From: Candidatus Hydrogenedentota bacterium
GTDB taxonomy: Bacteria; Hydrogenedentota; Hydrogenedentia; Hydrogenedentales; SLHB01
Direction: 5' to 3'
Assembly (NCBI GenBank): GCA_045863295.1
Contig: BTWA01000012.1
Coordinates: 32,001 to 96,000, forward strand
Length of the DNA stretch: 64,000 bases
Part shown: piece after piece, positions 1 through 10,224 of the stretch
How positions within the stretch are numbered: position 1 is the first letter of the stretch
Layout: each line of letters begins with the position of its first letter
Translations under genes and position numbers: made by a program
Notes under the pieces: generated by a model
Seen by the model: the letters and a program-made list of their open reading frames with translations, nothing else
Told to the model about the DNA's origin: nothing
Databases searched by the model: none

Positions 1-2250
1 GTCATGTCGCTCGGCGGACTGGCCATGGGTGTTGGCATGCTCGTAGACAACTCAATCGTAGTTCTTGAAAGCGTCTTCCGGTGCCGTGACGAGGGCGATG
101 ATACAACCGATGCGGCCAATCGAGGTACCAACGAGGTCGCGGGTGCCGTAACTGCGTCGACACTGACATCCATTGCCGTATTCGCGCCATTGACCTTTGT
201 AGAGGGGGTGGGGGGGCAACTATTCAAAGACCATGCATGGGTTGTAACATACTCGTTACTTGCATCGTTGCTAGTGGCCCTATACCTGATTCCAATGATT
301 GCATCTCGCAGACGCCTGACTCTTCAATCCGGAGAGGACGTTGTATGGGTGATTCAAGCCTACCGATTGGGCAGAAATAACGGCCAATCAGGGCGTCTTG
401 GGGCACTGATGCTGGTGCCGCTTAACGCGATTGCACTGATTGGGGAGTGGTTTAACGATACTGCAGACGAAAAGTACGGCCACCTGTTTTCACGGGTTCG
501 CAATTCCAAATTGCCTTATCCGTTGGCCCTGATGTTGTACGCAATTCCGTTTGCGGTCGCAACATTTCTCTTTGGGGTGGAGACTTTTATCAAGTCGGTT
601 CTTCAAGTTCTTGTTACGATCTTCTTCGTGCTTACTCTGATTCTGGGGTCTATTTTCTGGATTTTGGCCAAGGCGATACGAATCGCACTCTGGATTCCAT
701 TGCGGATTTTTGACGTAACCTACGGCGCGCTTACCAACTTTTACGAATCCAGCCTACGGTTTTTGATGCACTTCAGTCCTGCCGTTCTATTCATCATGAT
801 AGCGTTGAGCGTGCATGCAGGATATATGGCAAAGGATCTTGGCACCGAATTGATCCCGTCATTTCGCCAAGGGGAGTTCACCATCCGTATGGAAGCACCT
901 CCCGGAACGCGCCTGGAGGAGACCGCCGATCAAGCGTCAGTTATTGAACGCGAGGCTCTAGGCATGGAAGAAGTTGAGAATGTCACCGTGCAAATCGGTC
1001 AGGATAAGACTCAAGGCGACGATTCTCGTGGTGAAAATATTGCGGAGTTTACGATCCGGCTGAGGGATCCGGAGGTAAATGTGCCACGACAGGACGAGAT
1101 CGTCGAGAGATTGCGTGCGAGCATACTGAATATCACTTCAAACGAAGTTAATTTTTCCCTTCCCGCCCTACTCAGTTTCCGAAGCCCGGTCGAACTCCAG
1201 ATTCTGGGGCCAGACATTCTGGAGCTAAGACGCATTGGGGAAAAGGTAGTCGCGGCCATATCCGATGTTGAAGGGATTCGCGACCCCGATGTAAGCGTAA
1301 AAGAAGGGTATCCGGAGGTCATAATTAGCCTCGATCGGGAACTTCTCGCATCCAAAGGATTGACGCCGCAACAGATTGCAGAGCGATTGCGCGCCGAACT
1401 ATACGGTGACGTAGCCACCGATTTCGGGGCTGCGGGTCAAAAGATTGACATTCGCGTACTGGCAAGTCGCGCACAATTATCCAACTTGGAAGATCTCAAG
1501 AATCTGCCAGTCAAGGACGGTTACCCTCCAATCCCATTGGATGCTGTAGCGAGCATTCAAGTAGTTGAAGGACCAAGCGAGATTCGCAGAATCGATCAGC
1601 GGCAAGTTGCCTTGGTGACGGCGAATCTCGAAGGAAGGGATCTTGGCTCGGTGATGGAAGAAATCATGGAACGGGTCGCGAGCGAGGTGCCCGTGGTTGA
1701 GCCGTACCGGATTGTTCGATCGGGACAAGATCGTGAACTGGCAGAGTCCTACGAAAGTTTGATGTTGGCGCTCTTTCTAGCCGTGTTTCTAGTGTATGTG
1801 GTTATGGCAAGCCAGTTCGAGTCAATATTGCAGCCAGCCCTCATTATGTTCACCGTGCCGATGGCATTCATTGGCGTGATTTACGTCTTGGCCTGGCAGG
1901 AGATAAGCGTCAGTGTACTTGTCTGGATAGGTGGCATTGTGTTGGTTGGAATTGTTGTAAACAATGCCATTGTACTTGTCGACTACGCCAATCAATTGCG
2001 TGAACGAGGTTTGACCAAGCGCGAAGCCGCAATTCAGGCGGGGATGATACGACTGCGTCCTATCTTAATGACTGCGCTAACTACGATTCTGGGATTGCTT
2101 CCCATGGCCATCGAAGTTGGGCAAGGCGCAGAAATCCGCCAGCCTCTGGCGCTTACTATCATGACCGGTTTGACCTCTGCCACGTTTTTGACGCTCTATA
2201 TTATCCCCATGGTGTATGACCTGTTTTCGGTGAAGGATAAGAAGGCATGA
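1..2250 (+). CDS. RND efflux transporter permease (AcrB/AcrD/AcrF family), 5'-truncated by the window edge
   Basis: Frame is open from base 1. Contains GMLVDNSIVVLE (TM4), ELIPSFRQGEF, VMASQFES and RLRPILMTALTTILGLLPMA. Confidence 0.95.
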   Translation, partial: VMSLGGLAMGVGMLVDNSIVVLESVFRCRDEGDDTTDAANRGTNEVAGAVTASTLTSIAVFAPLTFVEGVGGQLFKDHAWVVTYSLLASLLVALYLIPMIASRRRLTLQSGEDVVWVIQAYRLGRNNGQSGRLGALMLVPLNAIALIGEWFNDTADEKYGHLFSRVRNSKLPYPLALMLYAIPFAVATFLFGVETFIKSVLQVLVTIFFVLTLILGSIFWILAKAIRIALWIPLRIFDVTYGALTNFYESSLRFLMHFSPAVLFIMIALSVHAGYMAKDLGTELIPSFRQGEFTIRMEAPPGTRLEETADQASVIEREALGMEEVENVTVQIGQDKTQGDDSRGENIAEFTIRLRDPEVNVPRQDEIVERLRASILNITSNEVNFSLPALLSFRSPVELQILGPDILELRRIGEKVVAAISDVEGIRDPDVSVKEGYPEVIISLDRELLASKGLTPQQIAERLRAELYGDVATDFGAAGQKIDIRVLASRAQLSNLEDLKNLPVKDGYPPIPLDAVASIQVVEGPSEIRRIDQRQVALVTANLEGRDLGSVMEEIMERVASEVPVVEPYRIVRSGQDRELAESYESLMLALFLAVFLVYVVMASQFESILQPALIMFTVPMAFIGVIYVLAWQEISVSVLVWIGGIVLVGIVVNNAIVLVDYANQLRERGLTKREAAIQAGMIRLRPILMTALTTILGLLPMAIEVGQGAEIRQPLALTIMTGLTSATFLTLYIIPMVYDLFSVKDKKA

Positions 2251-5200
2251 GAATGACGCTGCCATCCCTCGCGATACGGCGGCCCATTACCACGCTCATG
2301 GCCATATGCACGGTTCTCGGGTTGGGCATCATTTCACTTCAGCGAATTCCGTTGGAGTTTCTGCCGCCGTTGGAACTGCCACTTATCTTTGTCAGCATTC
2401 CCTATGTTGGGGCAACACCGGAGCAAGTCCAAAACGAAGTCGCCATACCCGCGGAAGGCGAGTTTCGCACCATTCCCAATTTACAGCGCATTTCAAGCAC
2501 CTCAGATCAGAATGGCTGCAATATTCAGCTTGAATTCAAGCTCGGCACCGATATGACCCAGTCCACTGCGGAAGTACGTGACAGAATTGAGCGGCTCAAA
2601 TTGGATCTGCCCGCTGAAATCGAGCGAATGCTCATACAGAAATTCAGCTCGGATACTCTACCCATCATGGTGTTTGGCCTTTACTGGGACGGCGATGAGG
2701 ATGAATTGGCCTATTTGTGCCGGACTGTAATACAGCCGCGTCTGATGCGGCTCGAAGGCGTGGCAGATTGCCAGATCTTGGGAAGGCCAGAGCGCGAAAT
2801 CTTGATCGAGTTCGATCAAGAGGCCCTTAGAAACAGGCATTTGGACTTGTATCAGGTTGTCAATTCGCTGCAGGCTGCGAATCTCAACGTATCCGTGGGC
2901 CAAATGACCGAGGGGGATAAGCGATATTTCGTCCGTGCACTGGATGAGATTCGAACACCGGAAGCCTTGGGAGAACTCATTGTAGGCCAAGGCAATACCC
3001 GTTTGAATGAAGTAGCCGATGTGGGATTCCGAACCAGGGAAGTCTCTCAAGAGTTTGGCATAGACGGCCGCTCCGGAACGTTCATTTTTATCCGTAAAGA
3101 AGCCATGGCAAATGCCGTTGCCACGTGTCAGGTCGTTGAAGAAGAACTAAAGCTCATTGCCGTGGATCCAATGTTTGACGGCCTGAAGCAATTTATGATC
3201 TTCAACCAATCTGACTCCATACTCTCCGCATTGGATGGGCTTATTGATTCGGGGCGATATGGAGCGGTGCTGGCCGTTGCAGTCCTTTTCCTGTTTCTCG
3301 CCCGGACTCGGCCAACCATTATTGTAGGTTTGGCCATCCCTCTTTCGGTGCTTATTTCTTTCGTCTTCATGTACTTCACGGGTATGTCTCTAAATCTGAT
3401 CACCATGATTTCCCTGATAATTGCTCTGGGAATGCTGGTGGACAACTCCATCGTTGTCATAGAGAATATTTTCCGGTACGTCGAATTGGGGCACAGTTAC
3501 CGCGAAAGCGCGGAGCGCGGTGCAAACGAAGTCGCGATGGCCATTACGGCTTCAACCTTGACCAGTGTTGTAGTCGCTATTCCTGTAATATTCTTGGAAA
3601 GTGGTCCGTTCGCCATCTACATGCGGCAGTTTTTCGGGCCGATTATTGTCTCCACCATGGCTAGCCTTTTGGTGGCACTCACCCTCATTCCCTTGGCCGC
3701 CTGCCACATGAAACCCAAATCCGATACGTGGTTGTTTCGAATTGTTGTGTCTCGTATGCGTCGGGTGCGGTCCGTCGAGAATGAGAGACCCAATATTCTC
3801 GCCCGGTTACAGAAACGCGCGTTGCGGTTGATTATGACTAGTTATGTCAGTGCGCTTGGTTCCATTTCACGAAATCGCCTTGCTTCGTTGCTGGTGCTCG
3901 GAGTAGTACTGCTGACTACTATATTCCCCATGCTCAATCTCAAACGGCAGCGTATGCCGGCAGTCGATGTTCGTCGCGTTGACATAAACGTTCGGCTGGA
4001 CCAAGGCGTGGATATGCCGCGTGCACACGATATTTTTGACACTATTGTAAAAGTAATTGATATTCAGCGCGACGAACTGGCAATCAAAAACATATTCGTC
4101 AATTACAACATGACCGGTGGCGATGTTAACATTTACCTGCATGATGTGGATGAAATGCCGGGCGGAGGGGAACCTCCCTTTTCTACCGAGCAAGTGATGG
4201 ACATTTTGTGGCAGCGTTTGTCTGGCAAGGTCCCTGGTGGCGAACTACGCTTCAATATCGCGGACGCAGGTGAACAGACGTCGCGAGCGATAACGCTCCA
4301 ACTCCGGGGCGACGACGCGGTTCAACTCGATATTTACGCCACCGAACTTGGCAAACGTTTGGCTGCCCTGCGCGACGTAAGTGACGTAAATACGGATACA
4401 ATCCGGGAGAACCAGGAAGTACGGCTGATTATCAACGATACGATGGCGAGCCAGTTTCGAGTAAGTCCCTTGTCCATCGCACAAACCGTCGATTTTGCCT
4501 TGCGGGGCATTCGCCTGCAAAACATGAAGTACGGGAATAGGGAAGTGCCGGTATGGGCCCAATTCGCAGAGGAAGACCGCAAGTCCAGATCCAATTTGGA
4601 AAACATCGACATCGGCACGGGGACAGGCCAATTGGTATCCTTGAGCCAGTTGGTTGAGTTTCGTAAAGCACAGAGTCCCAGAGCTATACAGCGCGTTAAT
4701 GGTAAGAATGTCAAGACGGTCAGTGCCAAATACACGGGCGATGATTTGGCGGGTCTTGTCCGGGATATTCAGGCAATCCGTAATAGTTTTGCATTAGCCC
4801 AAGGATATACTATTGAATTCGGCTCCGAGTTAATGGAACTGGATACGAATATGTCCGACTTCTTTCTGATGCTTCTGCTGGCAATCGTGCTGATATACGC
4901 GGTGATGGGCGCCTCCTTTGAGTCCTATTTGTTGCCTTTGTCCATCTTGATGACTGTGTGGATGGCTGGCATCGGTGTGATTTGGTCACTCTACTTGAGC
5001 GGAACACCTGTGGATGCGATATCGTTCATCGGCATGATACTGCTCGCCGGTGTTATTGTGAACAATGGGATCGTTATTATCGATCATATCAACCAATTGC
5101 GACTTTCCGGTGTGGAAAGGTACGAAGCTATCCTGCAGGCCGGAAGAGATCGATTCAGGCCTGTTATGATGACTGCGCTTACGACGATTCTTGGGTGTGT

Positions 5201-5396
5201 ACCACTTGCGATTGGGGGCACTTTTGGAGGGCAAGTCTCATTTACAAGCCTGGGAATTGCCCTAATCGGAGGGCTCTCCGCGGGCACCGCGCTGACCCTC
5301 TTGGTGGTGCCGTTGTTCTATTCGATATTTGACGATGGCCGAATATGGTTTTCCAGGTATTTCGCCAATGTTACATCGCTATTCAGAGCGGCCTAG
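2247..5396 (+). CDS. RND efflux transporter permease (AcrB family), second subunit
   Basis: 1049 aa with AIRRPITTLM, GMLVDNSIVVIENI and RFRPVMMTALTTILG. ATGA overlap with the upstream permease. Confidence 0.95.
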   Translation: MRMTLPSLAIRRPITTLMAICTVLGLGIISLQRIPLEFLPPLELPLIFVSIPYVGATPEQVQNEVAIPAEGEFRTIPNLQRISSTSDQNGCNIQLEFKLGTDMTQSTAEVRDRIERLKLDLPAEIERMLIQKFSSDTLPIMVFGLYWDGDEDELAYLCRTVIQPRLMRLEGVADCQILGRPEREILIEFDQEALRNRHLDLYQVVNSLQAANLNVSVGQMTEGDKRYFVRALDEIRTPEALGELIVGQGNTRLNEVADVGFRTREVSQEFGIDGRSGTFIFIRKEAMANAVATCQVVEEELKLIAVDPMFDGLKQFMIFNQSDSILSALDGLIDSGRYGAVLAVAVLFLFLARTRPTIIVGLAIPLSVLISFVFMYFTGMSLNLITMISLIIALGMLVDNSIVVIENIFRYVELGHSYRESAERGANEVAMAITASTLTSVVVAIPVIFLESGPFAIYMRQFFGPIIVSTMASLLVALTLIPLAACHMKPKSDTWLFRIVVSRMRRVRSVENERPNILARLQKRALRLIMTSYVSALGSISRNRLASLLVLGVVLLTTIFPMLNLKRQRMPAVDVRRVDINVRLDQGVDMPRAHDIFDTIVKVIDIQRDELAIKNIFVNYNMTGGDVNIYLHDVDEMPGGGEPPFSTEQVMDILWQRLSGKVPGGELRFNIADAGEQTSRAITLQLRGDDAVQLDIYATELGKRLAALRDVSDVNTDTIRENQEVRLIINDTMASQFRVSPLSIAQTVDFALRGIRLQNMKYGNREVPVWAQFAEEDRKSRSNLENIDIGTGTGQLVSLSQLVEFRKAQSPRAIQRVNGKNVKTVSAKYTGDDLAGLVRDIQAIRNSFALAQGYTIEFGSELMELDTNMSDFFLMLLLAIVLIYAVMGASFESYLLPLSILMTVWMAGIGVIWSLYLSGTPVDAISFIGMILLAGVIVNNGIVIIDHINQLRLSGVERYEAILQAGRDRFRPVMMTALTTILGCVPLAIGGTFGGQVSFTSLGIALIGGLSAGTALTLLVVPLFYSIFDDGRIWFSRYFANVTSLFRAA

Positions 5397-5535
5397 TGGT
5401 AGAAAGGCGTCAAGCAAGGAGTCTCTTTGAGGCTTTAGACTTTCCCAGACCCATTGATTCGAAAAGAGGTAAATTGGTATTCTATTGACACAAAAAGTGT
5501 GGTGTGTGTGATTCGGATTGTCCCCAGAGGTCTCC

Positions 5536-7911
5536 ATGTACGAAGCGTTTTATGGACTTAAAGAAAAGCCATTTAACCTCACTCCCGATCCGAAATTCGT
5601 CTACCTTAGCGAAAAACACAAGGAAGCCTTTGCACATCTTTTGTATGGCATCAAGAACCGTAGTGGTTTCGTTATGGTCACCGGCGAAATCGGCACGGGA
5701 AAAACAACCATCTGCCGAACCCTTGTCAGTCAGTTAGACGATGCCACGGAAGTTGCGTTCATTTTCAATCCATGTCTCTCTCCTGACGAGTTGCTCCGGA
5801 AGATTAACGAAGACTTCGGGATTAAGACAAAGGCAGAAACCATAAAAGGCCTGATCGATGAGTTGAACGCTTATCTACTTGACCGAAATGCCATGGGTAA
5901 GAACTGTGTGTTGGTCATCGATGAAGCACAGGACCTGACACCGGGCGTACTCGAGCAGATTCGTTTGCTATCCAATTTGGAGACTGAGAAGCAAAAGCTT
6001 CTTCAGATAGTGTTGATCGGCCAGCCCGAATTGAACGAGCACCTTGCGCTGGACGAGTTACGTCAACTCAATCAACGTATTACCGCTCGGTACCATTTGC
6101 AGCCTCTAAATTCTGAGGAAACAGTCCAATACATTGCGTACCGTCTGCGTATTGCAGGGGCGAGGAGGCGCATTCATTTTGCTCGATCAGCCTTTGGCCA
6201 GATTTTTAAGTATGCCAAGGGCACTCCACGTGTCATCAATGCAATTTGCGATCGCGCTCTTCTCATCGGATACACACGCGAAACGCACAACATATCCGCG
6301 GATATCATTAAACAGGCTGCACGGGAAATACAGGGCGAACGCCCCAAGCGTCGAAAGGATGCTGCTAGGCCGCGCTTATTTTCCAGTGCCGCCATCATAG
6401 CGGCCGCGCTAATAGTCCTTGCCGGTGCAATTTATGCAGTAGAACGAGGAAGGACTCCAAATGCAGTTGACAACGGACCTTCACTGTTCGCTCGCCTCCA
6501 AAGTTGGATGGATTCGCTTCGCTTTACATCGAATGCTGGCGCCGCCAGTGACGAGTATTCCACTGATCCGGATGAACTGCCTCCAGGCGTAGATCCAAGA
6601 GAGTACTGGCGTCAGCAGAATCTGGATTTGGCCAATGCCGTTGTGTCTGAGAATGACTCGCACGTGCCGGATCTACCTGAACAGACGGTTACTTTCACCG
6701 ATGTAATCGATGGCATGGATCCCGCCGCCGCCAGGACTGGAGCTGCCGCGGCCATTCTTCGTGCTTGGAATATGGCTTTCCTGAGTAGTTATCCCAAGAC
6801 CGATGACCCTGGAAGTTTCGTAGAATTTGCCGGACAGTACGGTCTGGTATGCGAAGTATTGCGGCCGGCCTTGGAGCAGGTCGAGATGATCAATCTGCCC
6901 GCGCTAGTCCGAATGAAAGGACGCAATCAAAACGTCTGGTGTGCGTTTACGGCTGTCGAGGGCGATCAGTTGCGTCTCACAACGGGTATGTCGGATTCAG
7001 TTTTGGTGTCCCGGCAGGATTTCAAAGATCATTACATGCAAGAGGCGCTGATACTCTGGCGCGATCCATCTCCAGACACGCCCACGATGAAACTTCAGGC
7101 ACAGAGCGATGACGTACAGGTGTTGCAGGCGCAACTTAGAACCATCGGCCTGTTTCGCAACAATCCAAACGGTGTTTTTGACGAAGCCACCGAAAATGCG
7201 ATCAAGCAACTGCAGCAAGATACTGGACTCCATGCCGACGGCGCTGCCGGCCGGCAGACGAGAATGGTCATGTGCAGTTGGCTTCCAGGCTTCGATACGC
7301 CGGAATTACGTACATTACCCATGCTTTGGAGCAATGCCGGAGATATCGTTCTTGGCGGTTCGCGTTTGAAATGGCGCCAGATACCCCGGCCGCTTATATC
7401 GGAAGAAACAGCCGATGCGAAATCGAATTCGGTTCAGGAACCGCCCATGCCCACTTCAGCCGCGCCGCAAGGGGAGAGTTCGACAAAAGACGATCCTACG
7501 GCGGAACCTCCTATTAAGCCGGAGTCTGCAGACACCGCTTCTCAAGTTGGCGACAACACCACTGCATCTGATTCGCCTTCTGATGTGAACTCGGCTCCGC
7601 AGCCAGAGGTGACGGAAGGCTCTGAATCAGCGCCAGATCCAGATTTGGGATCTTCAGCGGCCGCGCCTAATGTCGAGATCACGCCACCAACAGATCAGGA
7701 TTCCGTTCCCACGCCTGAAACGGACGCGCCACCCTCTGTTCCGAGTGTGGAATCACCGGCCGTGGTTGATGCACGCAATAGTACTTTTCCGTTAGTCCCG
7801 TCTGAATCAGATGCCCGGCCTCCGAATGCCGGAGCCGATCAGACTGCGCCAGTAAACCCCGCTGACACAGAAACTGCCACCGTTGTAGAACCTGAGGAAT
7901 CCCGTTCATGA
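5536..7911 (+). CDS. exeA: ExeA/GspA-family AAA ATPase with TM helix and peptidoglycan-binding domain
   Basis: MYEAFYGLKEKPFNLTPDP N-terminus, Walker A GEIGTGKT, Walker B VIDEAQ, PG-binding-like segment DVQVLQAQL...GLHADGAAGRQT, and an acidic/Pro-rich tail. ATG at 5536 chosen over TTG at 5518. Confidence 0.9.
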   Translation: MYEAFYGLKEKPFNLTPDPKFVYLSEKHKEAFAHLLYGIKNRSGFVMVTGEIGTGKTTICRTLVSQLDDATEVAFIFNPCLSPDELLRKINEDFGIKTKAETIKGLIDELNAYLLDRNAMGKNCVLVIDEAQDLTPGVLEQIRLLSNLETEKQKLLQIVLIGQPELNEHLALDELRQLNQRITARYHLQPLNSEETVQYIAYRLRIAGARRRIHFARSAFGQIFKYAKGTPRVINAICDRALLIGYTRETHNISADIIKQAAREIQGERPKRRKDAARPRLFSSAAIIAAALIVLAGAIYAVERGRTPNAVDNGPSLFARLQSWMDSLRFTSNAGAASDEYSTDPDELPPGVDPREYWRQQNLDLANAVVSENDSHVPDLPEQTVTFTDVIDGMDPAAARTGAAAAILRAWNMAFLSSYPKTDDPGSFVEFAGQYGLVCEVLRPALEQVEMINLPALVRMKGRNQNVWCAFTAVEGDQLRLTTGMSDSVLVSRQDFKDHYMQEALILWRDPSPDTPTMKLQAQSDDVQVLQAQLRTIGLFRNNPNGVFDEATENAIKQLQQDTGLHADGAAGRQTRMVMCSWLPGFDTPELRTLPMLWSNAGDIVLGGSRLKWRQIPRPLISEETADAKSNSVQEPPMPTSAAPQGESSTKDDPTAEPPIKPESADTASQVGDNTTASDSPSDVNSAPQPEVTEGSESAPDPDLGSSAAAPNVEITPPTDQDSVPTPETDAPPSVPSVESPAVVDARNSTFPLVPSESDARPPNAGADQTAPVNPADTETATVVEPEESRS

Positions 7912-8879
7912 GTTCCATACTCGATGCTTTGCGCAAGCTGGAGCAGGAACAAGGAGAAGGGGGGAGGAACGATATAGGTACGGTCGAACCGGACCGTGCC
8001 GATCGTAATCCTCCTGAATACCGTGCAGCGGCTGGTGCGGTCACCATATCTATAGAGCCTTCCATGATACTGGTGGGCTCGGTTACCGCAGTGCTGCTGC
8101 TTGCGTCCGTAACGGCTGCGGCGCTCTTCATGCTGATGCGTAACCCGTCAGCTCCCGGGCCGTCCGTCGCGGCGGTGTCAACTAACAGCAGTTCAAATGC
8201 TGCAGAAGTAGCGATGAACGTTAGCGCGAACGCGATCGCGCCTACCCCGGTTCGGGAGCCGGCAGTCGAACCGTCAGTGGCTGCTACCGCAACACTCCTA
8301 ACGATAGATGAGAATGCATCGGCTGTTGAGACTAATGCAGCAGAGGTTCCGGTTGTCGAGGTGGAGGCTCCTGTGCGCGTGGCTTCCAAGGCGGATTTGG
8401 AGGTATCCCCCAAGCCTATTGAGAACAAGCCCGAACCAGTTGTGCGGGCAAAGCCTGCGGAGCCTCAATCTGAACAGGTTGCCACTGTGCAACCCCAGCC
8501 TGCAGCTGTTGTGCCCAAACCAGTGGAGGACGAACCTGTCCAACTTCCTGCGCCTCCTTCGGTCCAGCCGGCAATCGTTTCGGAAACGGATGTCCAAGCA
8601 CAATCAACTCCAGATGCGGCACCGGATTCGGTAGTTGATTTGAATAGCCTGCCCATATTGTCTGAGTCGGATCGCCTTCGCCTAAACCTCCCGGAAATCA
8701 CCATAAATATCGTGGGAACGGCCAGTTCACGCAATCCCCGGCCATCGGCAATGATAAACTACAAAAGGGTAATGGTTGGTGAGTTCGTGCCAGGGACAAA
8801 TGCAAAGCTGGTGGCAGTGGACGTAAAGGGAATTGGCATATCAGTGGGGGGAATTCAGTTTTTCGTACCCAAACGATAA
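7908..8879 (+). CDS. exeB: ExeB/GspB-like bitopic membrane protein
   Basis: Diagnostic MSSILDALRKLEQE start, one TM, Pro/Ala-rich linker, C-terminal LPEITINIV...SAMIN domain. ATGA overlap with exeA. Confidence 0.8.
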   Translation: MSSILDALRKLEQEQGEGGRNDIGTVEPDRADRNPPEYRAAAGAVTISIEPSMILVGSVTAVLLLASVTAAALFMLMRNPSAPGPSVAAVSTNSSSNAAEVAMNVSANAIAPTPVREPAVEPSVAATATLLTIDENASAVETNAAEVPVVEVEAPVRVASKADLEVSPKPIENKPEPVVRAKPAEPQSEQVATVQPQPAAVVPKPVEDEPVQLPAPPSVQPAIVSETDVQAQSTPDAAPDSVVDLNSLPILSESDRLRLNLPEITINIVGTASSRNPRPSAMINYKRVMVGEFVPGTNAKLVAVDVKGIGISVGGIQFFVPKR

Positions 8880-8880
8880 A

Positions 8881-9606
8881 CTACGCGTGATGGTATCGCA
8901 ATCCGACCAGCTTATATAGTCCGTCCACTTCGCTTGCGCTCAAATATCGCCACTCGCCAGGTTTCAGTCCTTTGACCTTTACATTGCCCACGGAAACTCG
9001 CTGCAGCTCGCGTACCGGATGGCCTACATGTTTGCACATGCGTTTTACCTCTCGCTTCCGTCCCTCACGAAGCAGCAATTGGATGAGTGTAGTCTTCTTT
9101 CCATGATATAAAATGACCACTTCGGCGGGTGCCGTCATGCCATCGTCCAATTCAACACCATGTTCCAGGCGAATCGCCGTCTCTGTCGACATGCTGCCCT
9201 CGACCCAAGCGAGATAGATTTTGTCAATTTGGAACCGGGGATGCGTCATTCGGTAGGCCAACTCGCCATCATTCGTCAGGAGCAACGCACCTTCCACGTC
9301 CATATCCAGACGTCCAACGGGAAATAATCGCTCGTTCAGGCCTTCGAGACAATCCACCACCGTCTTGCGTTCATGCGTATCTTTGACACTTGTAATTACA
9401 CCTCGTGGCTTGTTGAGCAATATGTATACCTTGTTTTCGGGTTGCACAGCTTTGCCGTCGAGGGTGATGGCGTCCTCGCCGGGCGTAATTACATGACCGA
9501 GGAGTACGGGTTTCCCATTGACAAGCACACGACCGCTTTCTATAAGCTGTTCTGCCTGCCGCCGCGACGCAATCCCACAGGACGCAAGATACTTTTGAAG
9601 ACGCAT
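8881..9606 (-). CDS. rluB: 23S rRNA pseudouridine synthase (RluB/RsuA family)
   Basis: S4 domain MRLQKYLASCGIASRR, LLNKPRG, catalytic PVGRLD, EGRKREVKRM. Follows scpB. Confidence 0.9.
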   Translation of the reverse strand: MRLQKYLASCGIASRRQAEQLIESGRVLVNGKPVLLGHVITPGEDAITLDGKAVQPENKVYILLNKPRGVITSVKDTHERKTVVDCLEGLNERLFPVGRLDMDVEGALLLTNDGELAYRMTHPRFQIDKIYLAWVEGSMSTETAIRLEHGVELDDGMTAPAEVVILYHGKKTTLIQLLLREGRKREVKRMCKHVGHPVRELQRVSVGNVKVKGLKPGEWRYLSASEVDGLYKLVGLRYHHA

Positions 9607-9610
9607 GCGG

Positions 9611-10219
9611 TTATCCCATCTCCCGCAGTTCTTCTATAGACGGCAACTCTTTCAAGTTCTTCATCCCAAAATGGGCCAGAAACTCGTCTGTGGTCCTGTA
9701 CAATTTGGGCCGCCCGGGTACCTCCGCCACACCCACGACTTTGATTAGGCGTTTCTCCTGCAAAATGTCAAAAGCATGCGATACACTCACGCCACGCACA
9801 GCTTCTACTTCAGATCGCGTGACCGGTTGCTTGTAGGCGATGATGGCCAGCGTTTCAAGCACGGCCTTGGATAGCCGGTTGCTCTTTTTGATTTGAAGCA
9901 TACGGCGAATATAAGGCGAATACTCGGATTTTGTAGTGAACTGGTATCCGCCCGCTATTTCTCGAAGGGAATAAGGAGAACCTTGCGATTCCAATTCCAG
10001 CGCAAGTTCGCCCAGTAGGTTGGCGACAATTTCCCGGTCGATATCGCCCAGCGCCTCTGCGAGCCGGTCGGCGCTCACAGGACGATCGCTGACAAACAAC
10101 AAGGCATGCAACGCCTGGCGGGACTCTTCTCGGCCGAGGGTCTGGACCGGCTCGAGTTCGCCTTCTTCCTGTTCGTCTTCTTCCTGTTCGATCTCGTTTT
10201 CGATATTCTCTTTTGCCAT
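9611..10219 (-). CDS. scpB: SMC-Scp complex subunit ScpB
   Basis: LSKAVLETLAIIAYKQPVTRSEVEAVRGV and PGRPKLYRTTDEFLAHFG. Confidence 0.95.
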   Translation of the reverse strand: MAKENIENEIEQEEDEQEEGELEPVQTLGREESRQALHALLFVSDRPVSADRLAEALGDIDREIVANLLGELALELESQGSPYSLREIAGGYQFTTKSEYSPYIRRMLQIKKSNRLSKAVLETLAIIAYKQPVTRSEVEAVRGVSVSHAFDILQEKRLIKVVGVAEVPGRPKLYRTTDEFLAHFGMKNLKELPSIEELREMG

Positions 10220-10224
10220 GGTAT

